A stretch of 36,010 nucleotides of DNA from Trypethelium eluteriae (lineage: Eukaryota): assembly GCA_051942245.1 (NCBI GenBank), contig JAVECL010000208.1, positions 1-36,010 of the forward strand, written 5' to 3'. Positions 1 through 10,993 of this stretch are shown here, in pieces. Position 1 is the first letter of the stretch; every line of letters starts with the position of its first letter. The position numbers were made by a program, and so were the translations under genes. The notes beneath the pieces are model-generated. The model was not told the DNA's origin. It did no database searches and saw nothing but the letters and a program-made list of their open reading frames with translations.

Positions 1-138
1 TCCTTACGCCCTGTAGTTATTAGTTCATTTTCCCTTCGCCCTCACCTAGATAGGGAGGTCTATATAGCAGCCTGCACCTCGGGCGACCTAGATAGGTCAA
101 TTGAGTTCTTTCCTCCGATTCAGTTGTTTGTTACAACA
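1..138. mobile_element. Possible 3' end of an LTR (solo or truncated at window edge)
   Basis: TATATA at ~61, repeated ACCTAGATAGG (45-55 and 87-97), and segment ending GTTACAACA at 138, matching the TG...CA terminal style of fungal LTRs. The other terminus and any target-site duplication would lie outside the window. Confidence 0.2.
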
Positions 139-1054
139 TCATACACCGAGTAAGAGTCTTACATATAAAATGTCTCTTGCAGGGTATCGTACTACTGCCG
201 TGCTCCGTACCCCCGTGCCCCCGATGCAGTACAATTTCACAATGATGCGGGTTCCGGTCCTTCCGTCATCCGTACAAATCAGAACCGGCTCCGAGTAAAT
301 ATGTGTGCCAAAGTTATTGAAATGTTCTTTGCAACCTGGTGTGTAAGAGAGGATTAATTTCGTAATTGACCTGTCGCGAGGCCGTCCAGTAAGAGCCGCA
401 AAGATCAAACAAATTAAGAATGACAGGCAGCAAGTCCTTGATTGAACCCCTGGGTACGGTAGAGTATCACGAGGAAGCAAAGCCACATCAATTGCGCAAA
501 GCAATGTCTTAATCTCCACTCAAGTCCATGCTTCTGCATGCACTGGAGTAAAGGCGCACTGGCAATGACATGACAGTCTTATAGTGATGGCCTAATATTT
601 GTAGCCTTGAAGGGGAATTGACTAATTTTTAATTAAGAAAGACCCTCGTTTTAGGATCTGGTCCACTTCGTTCTTAAAGGAATCGAGAGAAAACGATGAC
701 CTTCAGCAGAATTAAGTCATACGTTCACCGACTCATAGAATCACGAAGGTAATCTAACATAAGAGAACCCGAACGAACCAGTGACTTCTCTGCTAGTTTC
801 TTTGGACCATATGCCAAGAGTGGGGTCTATTGTGATCCGGCACGAAGATATGAACGTTACATAGAAGACACTTCAGTGTCCTATTACTGAGCCCGCTACG
901 CTTGTCGTTCGCTTGAGCTATTGTCTCTCTTGAACTTCATGATGCGCCTCTATACCTCTTCTGTGATTTCAATGTCCCTCATGACGAAGATGCCACGCGG
1001 ATTGTTCTGCATATCTTGGTGTTTGTTATATCTTCGATCTCCTCCGGCCCTATC

Positions 1055-2339
1055 TTAGCGCACAGCCGTAGCATTGCTAATGACATGATTTTCGTCCGAC
1101 AAAGTTGCGTAGTTTGCAGCGAGCCACGTCCGACTTCGTGTTCCAGATGATGGGTGTAGGCTTCCTTGGCCGCGGAAATGGTCTAACTGAGACTTTTTCC
1201 CTAAAAGTGATCTGGTCTTTTCCTTGAGATTCTGGTAGAATTTTCCAGAGACCGGTAGAGAAGCGATCATAATTCCAGAGCCCAATTCGGGATAAGTCCA
1301 GAGACCCGTAAGCCAGGAGTTGTAGGTCACGTCGGTCGCGGTAAGGAGTTTACAGGTATAGAAAAGGTGCACGATAGATGATACACAGGCGCTGGTTCGC
1401 GTCAGTTTTGTGATTATAGTCCAATGTCCTCACAGCGAAGGCCTTGTGAACATACAGAATTCCAACAAGGAAGATGAGAGAAACTTGAAGTTTCCTTTTC
1501 TTTGACATTTGTAGATTCCAAATACTGATTTGAGGTAGGACGAGAATGACAATGTTGGTCAGAGCGTTAATGCTACTCTCGACGACATTGAGATCGAAGA
1601 CCGTGATGCAATGGCCTCCGGAAATTAACGGATCCCACGCTTTAGCCATAGGACTACAGGCGAATATCTCAGTAAATGATGCAATGATGTAGAAGATTGT
1701 GTTCAACCAGACAAGGCCATGACAAGTCCAGTACATCGTATCTGGCTTTTTGGTGGGAACAAATATGTGCAAATATTGAAGTAAGATCGATGTTTTGATA
1801 CACAAAATGCAAATTCCATAGATGACGGCACCGACATGAATTTGCTATATTGCGGAGTTAGTCGGAACATGACATTGACTCAGAATGTAAGGCTTTACAT
1901 ATAGGAAATCTCCAAGGTACTTTAATTGAAGATCCCACTGGTGGATCCCTGGAGCAATTTGGGTGGCCCGCCAACCCACGGCGAAGTATCCACAGAAGAT
2001 TCCCTGAGATGCATCAGTAAAACTACTTAATCAGGACTTCCGTCTATACCCATCCACAGAAAATTGCATCTGAAATCAATTAGCTCTACTATGAACTCTG
2101 AGCGAGAGAGACAGACAGTCTTCGAGCGCAATTTGCCCCACAATGAAACGTCTGGTATATAGTCTCATCATGATGTGTATCGTTGCTAGACTGAGCATCA
2201 AGATCTCTACTACAGTTCCTGTAGTCCAGAGATTTTTTGGATGCTCGAAGTTAGGCTGAACGCCTGGTGGAGGCGTGGCGGCGGGTCCATTCAGCAAGGC
2301 TCGTTGCTGCTCCGGCGTATATGGTGATCCAGACGCCAT
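1055..2339 (-). CDS. Fungal rhodopsin-domain / PTH11-like integral membrane protein (no CFEM); possibly C-terminally truncated
   Basis: Exons 2339-2117, 2069-2050, 2003-1899, 1844-1456, 1391-1055 joined by GT-AG introns in frame. Family motifs: PPPGVQPNF, RLYTR, GIHQWD, IKTSILLQYL, FACSP..KAWDP...GHC, LPQISIWNLQM..KRK, ELGSGIMIASLP. Confidence 0.85.
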
Positions 2340-3716
2340 GAGAAAAACAACTTCAAATAGGGCTATCTTCAAGTGAACTCAAGACGGAAGGTCAACGACC
2401 AATATAGGGATTTGGAGAGGGGTCGTTGTCATGGAGAATGGAGATTGGGAAATGGTGTGTATCATGTATTCGATGGTAGAACGCTAAGAGCAAAAGAAGC
2501 TTCAGAAAAACAAGTGAAGTTGGTCGTACATCGAGTTCTTGCCAATGATCTTCCACATATCAAGTTCTTGCCTAAGTGTTATACATTCGGCTCAAGGTCA
2601 GTTTCCGCCGCACTGCGATTAAAGCGCCTGCCAGCAGTAGATGCCCAGCTTGAGACCCACAATTGGATCGCAAAGGCGCATAGTCACTTTCTCGCAAGAG
2701 ATGCCATCTTGGCATCGCCCGAAGTTGGCCTTGCCGCCAAGCAGAAGTCCGCATAAAAATCAGCTATGTCCAACGCCAATCTTTCCGTGGGCGGTGCGGA
2801 TCGGACACTGCTGTGTAACCATCCTCATTCGCAGAAAGGCAGGTAGTCAAAAACGCTTGCGGCCCTTATCCGTGTGTTCTGGGGTTCGTTGTTGGAAGGA
2901 CGTCAGCTCGGAAGATGGTAGTTGCAATTGGTGTGGTCGGCTTACTTAAGAAAGCCTGACCCTGTGTGTTGCCCCGCTGACAGACAATGTTGAGACCGTT
3001 GTATGGAGTACAGAAAAGGAGGCACTGAAGGCTCGATGCGATCCAGCTGGGACCCTTGCTGGGCATGGGTGCACGCACGCACCAGGTTTGGTATCACACG
3101 TACTCTATCGTACGATATGCATGAGAGCAAGCTGCTTTCACCCCGAAACGATGCTCGGATCGGATCAATCACCGTCGGCTGACCGGACGGTAGGACATTG
3201 AGAAGCCAGCAAGGGCGCAAGCGTTTGCGTACGACACGGTATGTGCGTGCATCTGCCTGAGCTCTGACGACCCTGCTTGCATTTTGATAGGTCACTGAAG
3301 GAACATCGAAGCCCCCACTTTCAACGCCCGACATATCATAGCTCAAAAATAGACGAAGACGAAGGTATCGTAGAGGCACCCGCCTAAGCGAGTTATTGGT
3401 GGATGGATGGATGATGCTCATGGCTGTCTTAACATGCATGTCCTTCATGTGTATTGCGAGCAAGCCTACTGTAGGATACCGATCGGGGTCGGGGCTCAAA
3501 ATGGAAGGGACATTCCTCGCAAACCTTTAATTGCGCTCATATTTCTAGACGGACGTCTTCCATGTGTTTTTTGTTCATGCACACGGCTCTTTAGCCCCAG
3601 TGTGACCGCAACGTCAATTTCCTCATAGCTGATTTCGTTTTGAGCGAACATCTGCCAGATACCAATGAAACCTATGGGCGCCTCTCGGTTCGACTTGCTG
3701 ACGATCTTGTTCAACT

Positions 3717-5752
3717 ATGGCGCCAGCATTGAGCGATCAAACGAGACAAGATCTCGAAAGCGAGCCAACCTCTGGACCAAGAAGTGACTTGTCGATTGAT
3801 GAGTTTTCAACAGCACCTCCCAATACTTCTCCAACGAGCAGGAATGACATACTTGAAAATGCTTCAGAAACGGAGAAAGGTCCTGAGAACGCGTTACCGA
3901 GCATTACCTACATAACCGGAACTAGATTGCGCCTGATAACTGCAGCGTATGCTTGGACTCTCGAAGCATGATTCATTTGCTAATCTTCTCTTTTAGACTC
4001 TCATTATGCTTGTTCCTTACTAGCCTTGAAATACCCATCGTTGTAACAGCCCTGGTGAAAATAACAACCAATCTGGGAGGTTTTCGACAGAGCAGTTGGA
4101 TTGTTGCGGCATACCTATTAGGTTACGTTGGTCAGGAGGCTCCGGAAGAATTTGAAAGGCTATTCTCATCCTCCTCACAGGGGTTCTTATCGTTTTTGCG
4201 AAGCTCAGCGACATCTTCGGTCGAAAAACTCTTCTCCTTGTTGCCATCTTCCTCTTCGTCGTCTTTTCGGCAGCTTGCGGTGCAGCTCAGACCATACAAC
4301 AGCTGTCAGTATGACTTGATATCAGCTCAATGGACACTAAGGGAGTGCTACAGTATTGTCTTCCGTGCTTTTCAAGGAGTTGGGGGTGCCGGAAACTATT
4401 CCCTTTGCTCAGTCATTTTCTTCGAGCTAGTGCCTGAAGAGAAATATGCGAAATATACAAGTTCTGTATCTGTTGTTTACTCCCTTTCTCTACTTCTCGG
4501 TCCAATATTCGGAGGAGCGATCAGCCAATCCTCGACCTGGAGATGGGTCTTCCTATTAAAGTTCGTCCCCTCCGAGATTTTGGAATCTACCGTACTCATT
4601 CGACTACTAGTGTACCTCCGGGAGCGCTGGCCGGGGTGATTCTTGTCTTTTGTCTACCCAATCACTTTCCCTATCATGGAAACTCCCAAAACCGGCGCCA
4701 CATGTCTGGCAAGACATCTTTCAAGCAGACATTCCAAAGACTGGATCTCGTTGGAAGCATCTTACTCATCATCGCAACATTGTCACTGGTTGCAGCACTA
4801 TTAGAGGCCTCTAACGAATTCCCGTGGAAATCGGCCTTTGTCATCACCCTGCTGACAATATCTGGACTTTGCTGGGGTGTATTCTTGCTCTGGGAGTACT
4901 TTATAACAATTTCAGACGGAATACAGGAACCTGTTTTCCCTTGGCGATTCGTACAAAGCCGAGTCTGGACGGGCATGCTGCTGTAAGTCAAATAGCTCCC
5001 TTGTGAGCCCACCGACTTATACTCACTAGGAATGCCGTTTTCCTTGGAGGTCCCTGGTTCGCCGCTATATTCCAGATCCCGCAGAGACTAACTTATGTGA
5101 ATGGGACTTCTGCCCTTCAAGCAGGCGTTCGCTTCATGCCTTTCACCCTGGCCGCGCCAGTCGGATCAGTTCTGGCACCGACCATCATCAAAGCAGCCAA
5201 AATTCCTCCAATATATCTAGTCTTAGTTGCTGCTACCATACAAGTTGTTGGGTTCGCTCTCATATCTACATTACCCACCCATGAAGCCATTTCTGCATCT
5301 CAGTATGGATACGAGATAATTGCAGGGTTTGGCTGCGGCATCAACATCACCCTGCTGATTTTGATGACTCCGTACTCCGTCCAGCTCCGCGATAAAGGCA
5401 AGCTTCATGAGATCCTGTTATCCTTTCCAAGTTCTAACGTGCGGCAGCTGTCGCTCTAGGCTCAGTGACTCAGTTTCGTGTTATGGGAGGCGCCATAGGA
5501 CTCGCCATCGTGACCTCAGTCTTTAATAGCTTTTTGCGCAGGAAACTCGGTGAGTTTTTGACCCAAGACCAGATCCGAAGCCTGCTGGAGTCAGCGGACG
5601 TGCTCCAGACATTCCCACGGGAGACTCAAACCCTGACGCGGGCTGTCATTGCCAGCGGGTACAATCTACAGATGAAAATTCTGGCTGGCCTTGCAGGAGC
5701 ACAGCTTCTCTGCACTGCGCTTATGTGGCAAGGGAAACAAATCAGAGTATAG
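3717..5752 (+). CDS. MFS multidrug/toxin efflux transporter (DHA2-like)
   Basis: Exons 3717-3946, 3997-4130, 4181-4304, 4354-4560, 4611-4982, 5030-5397, 5448-5752 splice in frame. Motifs: LEIPIVVTAL, WIVAAYLL, KLSDIFGRK (MFS motif A), FRAFQGVGGAG, GPIFGGAI...TWRWVFLLNVP, QFRVMGGAIG. Confidence 0.9.
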
Positions 5753-5850
5753 ACACACTTTCTTATAAGCGAGGCTCGCATTAGCATGCAGAGTACAAGA
5801 TAGTAGATGAAGTATGTAGAATTAGCAGAAACATGTTTCAGATTCTGCGA

Positions 5851-6631
5851 TTAGCCATTCTTTTCCTGAAAGATCTCTGCTCGTGCAATCGTTCTACGGA
5901 TAATCCGTGCCACCTTGTCCACTGTGAGTTGATCCTTCGCACCTGGAACTTCATGGCCTCCTGAATGTACAAGCTCTTCCTTTGTCTTCTTGTCACATAT
6001 ACCACTTAGTACAGGTCCGAAAGTTGGGTAGAAGCTATCATTCTGGCCCCATATGTGAGCAGTCGGGACCTGGATAAGTTCGCCATCATCTTCATAAGAT
6101 AGATAGCGACGCTTATGTTCCGGTAAATCTCTGGATAGGACTCTTCGAGGATCCTCAGGTGTACCACCACTGAAAAAAATGCCACAACGGAATATTGGAT
6201 CTTTTTGAGCTTTTTGTGGATTATTTTGGATGTGATGAACCATCAACGAGGCAGCTAGACCAGCTCCCTGAGAGAAAGCTATCACGCCGTCGAAAGGTCC
6301 CTCCTCTTTGATGTATTCGTCTAAATCGAGCAAAGCTTTTCTACAGCTTTCGACTGAGCTCTCGTCGGCATATTGACAGAAGTCAGATTCAGTGCCAGGC
6401 GCAAGTTGTGCTAAGCCTTTACAGAAATTAGCAAGCAATAAGACATGCATAATTCGGGCAATAAGAGGGATGTATAAAGCATATTCACCAACCAGGAGCC
6501 ATGTCGGTCAGGACTGCTCCGTCAACATACTCATAGGTGTGCTGAGAATCAAGAGCGTAACGAATCGCAGAAGTCTGCATCTCAAATATACGGCTGTTCG
6601 TTCCCATGCCGTGCAGGCATAGGAAATGCAT
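5851..6631 (-). CDS. Serine hydrolase FSH1 / DUF341 family esterase (LovG-like)
   Basis: Exons 6631-6493 and 6416-5851. N-terminal MHFLCLHGMGTNSRIF, nucleophile elbow GPFDGVIAFSQGA, acid in PTAHIWGQND, His in HSGGHEVP. Confidence 0.9.
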
Positions 6632-7411
6632 GGTGAGGTTTGGTGGATTGGACTCCCGAATGTGTGCCAAATCCCTGTTGTGAATCCAGACAGCAAGTGT
6701 CAGGCAGACATTTGAGCGGGGCTTTGACGGTTAAGAAATAAGAAAATACAGGGCTCCTCACGCGCATGCGCTTTGCTGTAAGATTCAGCCTAGACATCCG
6801 TTTGCTCCCTGCGTACAGTACTAGGGTGCGATCCTAGGTCTTCTGATCAACTGTCCTGATTGATAACGAAACTCATGCATCCGGCGAGAAATGTGGAATA
6901 TGACTGGCTACTTAGATCAACACAGTGGCCAAAATATGCGATACGATGATACTTACGGAGTACTCCGCGCACAGGTGCGTATATCTTGTGGATCCAATCG
7001 CTCGTTAGCAGCTTCGCTAAAGTCCTTGGCGTACGGGCAGTGCAAGGTTCTCAGCTCCGACAGGGATCTCTCGAGTCATACCAGACGCAGTAATAAGTGT
7101 CCAAATTTGACACGGACCACCAAAACAACGAAATACACCTCAGACACCTCTCAACTCATGTAATATGCGCATTTTAGTAATGGTGTATTGGCCGTTTGCT
7201 CTACAAATATCATGCAGTCGCTTAGAGTCGTAATTGTACATGTGTTGAACCTGCTTTTGATCCACTTCTTCCCCCCATATGCGCTGAAAATGGGTTGGTG
7301 GTCCGTGTCAAATTCGGGCACTTATTCTATCACTCCGCCGTACGGAGTACAGAGAGCTAGGTGGGGGAATAGAGTAAATCTCTTCCCCACATCTGAGATG
7401 GTGCGCGCTTA

Positions 7412-7437
7412 GAGTAGAGTAGAGTAGCCGTAGAGTA
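7412..7437. repeat. Short (AGAGT)n tandem repeat
   Basis: agagt agagt agagt ag, followed by a further tagagta. Confidence 0.6.
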
Positions 7438-8070
7438 AGATCACCTCCGTTAAAACCCCACCAATGTTAAAATTTAGCAGCTTCTCATCATCACAATACT
7501 AAAATATTCAATTAATATACCCGATGGTTATTGTGTTGATAGCCTTACAATTGGCTGAGTCAGGAAGGCGAGCAGCGTGCATTGAGTGGGATCGTGTAGG
7601 ATCAAGGCCCGTCCGACTGATACTCTAATGTGTATCTTTGATTGGAGCGAGTCAAGAAGGTTGTAAAGTACCTGTCTGATCGCGATCTGTAAAAGGATTC
7701 AAGAGCATTTTACCTCTCTAGGCGCAATCTGTAAATGCAGTTCAACGAATTATCTTCGATTATGAGAACCGCCCACTTTTTGCTTGTGTTAGGCTGATCT
7801 TTATGATCGATAACGCCATTCATCGGATGCGGCTTGGGCGTATAGGTAACACGCCCACGCTATCGAGGATATCGTTCACTGCCATACTATTGGCCCAGCA
7901 TGTTGTGCCTCAGGCTTTCCCACTTCTTTGCTCATTCTCAAATGAAATACTCTTTTTGGGGACCGAAAATGCCTCGATCATATAATCACTTCCCGTTTAT
8001 CTCAGCCTTAGGTTATGTCGTTCATATATAACCTCTCTCACGGAAGTCATCAGTTTTGAGCTCGAGAATC

Positions 8071-10993
8071 ATGGCGGAAACCATCGGCCTTGTAACTTCA
8101 ATTGCCCAGCTTGCTAAGTTATCAAAAACAATTTTTGAATCCATCAATTCTCTCAAGAATGCTAGCAAAGACCAAAAGGATCTCTCGAGAGAGCTAAACG
8201 CCTTCTATCCTATACTACTCCAGCTGCTAGACAAGACCCACGATCAGAGGCATCAGAACCTGGACCAAGAATGGCTGGATGCGATGCACCGGCTCGAGCC
8301 TGCACTGGACGAGCTCGTCTCGAGTTTGGGCAGGATTACCAGTCATCTGCCTGTGCAGCCTGGTTCAAAGCTGAGAACATTTGCCGGCAACGTGAGCTGG
8401 GTCCTGACCCAAGAGAAGTACAAGGAAATTATGTTGCGTATAGAAAGGATAAAGTCAACTATCATGGTCGCGTTGAGCGAGAATACTTCGTGAGTAGAGC
8501 CGCTGAGGCCAACCAACCAGCTGACGAAGGTCAGGGAGCTCCTCCTAGTAATCAAGAAAGAAATGGCACGGATTCAGGAGGAGACGGCCTTGATAAAACA
8601 TGTTGTCACGAAGATTGACATTACTACAAAGGCTCTAGAAGGGCTCGAATTGGATAGAAACTGCACGTCGCCTTTCTTTTCGCCCGACTTCGCTAATCTT
8701 GTATCCAGCAAATGCTCGGCTGGAGACACTAGCTTGGTTACCTGAACTACAGTTTGTGGACACACAACATCAAAAGATAAAGACGCGCCATCCAGATACC
8801 GGCGTGTGGCTATTGGAATCGCCAGAATACCTATCGTGGATCGATAGCCATGGCAAGGCCATTTGGTGTCCCGGTATACGTACGTTTCACGAGCTTTGTA
8901 TGATTACGGGGAGCTGACGAGAATTAGCGGGAGCTGGCAAGTCGATCATGGCGTAAGAATTCAACTTGTAACGATTTGGTTGCGTTTGCTGAACCCATTA
9001 GATCTATTGTCGTTGATGATCTCCGGCATCGCTTCGAGAAGGACAACAACGTCGCTGTTGGCTGCGCGTTTTTCGACTATGCACAACTTGATAAGCAGCG
9101 GAATGTCGATGTGCTTTGCGACATCTACCGTCAATTCCTCTACGATTGGGAGTCACTACCGCAGGAGCTCATCGAGATGCGATTAGACTGCCAGAGGCAA
9201 CGCAACAAGCCATGCGGAGTGCCAGAAATCACGCGACTACTTCAGGTCGAGCTCGCCCGTCGCTCCTCAGTGTACGTTGTTATCGATGCCTTTGATGAAT
9301 GCCGCAACGACAGAGCGAGCGAACTTCTCGATATTCTACGCTCACTTGGTAATCACGTCAACTTACTCATCACATCGAGAGAAATTGAAGCCGTTGCCAA
9401 CCATCTAGGGACCCATGACAGACTAGAGATCAAAGCCAATAGGTCTGACGTAGAGGCCTACATACGGCACGCGATGAAAGGTGGACATCGGCTCTCTAAA
9501 GCGGCTAAGGAACCTAAGTTTGCCAAAGAGATAGTCCAGACCGTTGCGGATAAAGCACAGCAAATGTTGTAATACCATGCTCCCGCCTTCCGATCCACGC
9601 TTACCGTGTGGGCAGGTTCCTTCTTGTGACGTTACATATGGAGTCTCTTACTGCCCAGATGACAATGCTGGGCATCAGAAACCGCTTACGCTCACTGCCA
9701 GATTCACTCGACGAAACGTATGACAATGTAATGGCGAGGATTCAAGGACAAGATGAAATGGTCGCAAGGATTGCGCTGCAAGTCCTGTGTTGGGTCTGCT
9801 ACACATTGCGACCTCTGACTCTTCGAGAGCTACAGCATGCACTTGCCATCGAGCCTGGCACCACGGAACTCAACGAAGACAATGTCATCAGCGATGACGA
9901 CGATATCCTTTCCTGTTGTGCAGGACTGGTTGTTATCGATGGCAGTAACAACACTGTGCGTCTTGTGCATTACACGGCGAAAGACTACTTTATCAAAAAT
10001 CGACAGAAGTGGTTTCCAGAGGCCGAGAAGACGCTCTCAAAAGCCTGTATCACTTATCTGCCCTACGATCGGACGCTTTCTGAATCCAATATGACCCAGG
10101 ATCAGCTCCTCGACGATTTTCCGTTAATCGGATGTGCTGCAAGGTTTTGGGGGGAGCACGCCAGAGGCAGAGCTGAAAAAGACGGAGAGCTACAGTCTTT
10201 GGCCATGGAGCTCCTACAGAATGGTAGGAAATCCGACATCTTCCTTACCAAACCAAGGCATGAAGATGTAGTCGACAACTATTCGGGCAATTGGGCTATA
10301 GATAAGACTCCCAGGGGTATTCACATTGCTTGTTGCTTTGGGCTCAATGATACTATCAAGAAATTACTTAAGAGCGGCGCAGAAATTGAGCAGCCAGACC
10401 TCCAAGGCCAGACGGCGCTCCATTGGGCATGCGGAAGTGGCCATATTGGGACGGTGGAGTTCCTGGTTGGTTATGGGGCCAACGTCAACGCGGGAGGGAT
10501 GCGAGGCGCTGTCCATCCCATGAAATGCGCCGTGGAGCGTGGTTACTTGGACATTGTCAAACGGTTGATCGAACATGGCGCGAGTGTCAATGATGATGAG
10601 ATCCTTGACGGGCGCCTTTTATCCACGACGACTAGTGAGCCGGCGCTTCATCAAGCCTGCACTCATGGCTGGCTAGAGATTGTCGAATGCCTACTACAGG
10701 CTGGAGCAAGCATTAATCAAGTCGCCGGGCCGGAACGCCGCTCACCTCTGAGCTGCGCCGTGCGCGCCAACCGGGCAAAAATAGTCGAGCGGCTGATTGA
10801 GCGCGAAGTTGATCTCACCAGCAAGAATGGCTTCGAGGCTTTAATGAAGGCATTCGAGTACAAACATCGCGGTTGCTTCGACATCTTGATCCACCGCTGT
10901 GCCACTATGCTGATTTCCGAGGAGCATGAGCTATTGTTCGACTTTGCGCTAAAGTGTGGATTGTATTCATACCCGGAGACGTTGGCTATCTAG
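8071..10993 (+). CDS. Fungal NLR: HeLo-like/STAND N-terminal domain, NACHT NTPase, winged helix, ankyrin repeats
   Basis: Exons 8071-8489, 8535-8662, 8709-8879, 8928-8952, 9002-~9565, 9616-10993. N-terminus MAETIGLVTSIAQL. Spliced Walker A WCPGIPGAGKS, Walker B VYVVIDAFDEC, LLITSR, MFLLVTLHM, RPLTLRELQHALAI, LVHYTAKDYF. About 5-6 ankyrin repeats (GQTALHWAC..GH...VEFLV..GANVN; ALHQAC..G..EIVECLL.AGA.IN). Confidence 0.9.

Noticed and set aside
1988..2076. Similarity between the 20-nt micro-exon and the start of the next exon (AIFCGW / GIFCGY)
   Set aside because: The match is short, and a micro-exon here fits the expected transmembrane helix, so exon duplication is not needed to explain it.
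2373..3714. ORFs of 60-185 aa between the rhodopsin and MFS genes (e.g. 2942-3499 minus)
   Set aside because: No recognisable motifs or splice structure, and mostly non-ATG starts. Best read as a divergent promoter.
8071..8760. Amyloid signalling motif (HET-s PFD, sigma, PP) or adjacent effector gene for the NLR
   Set aside because: No G/N/Q-rich pseudo-repeat is visible, and neither neighbour shows such a tail.
10330..10900. Hypervariable high-identity repeat array in the NLR sensor
   Set aside because: The ankyrin repeats are strongly diverged at the DNA level, with no HET-E-like internal conservation.
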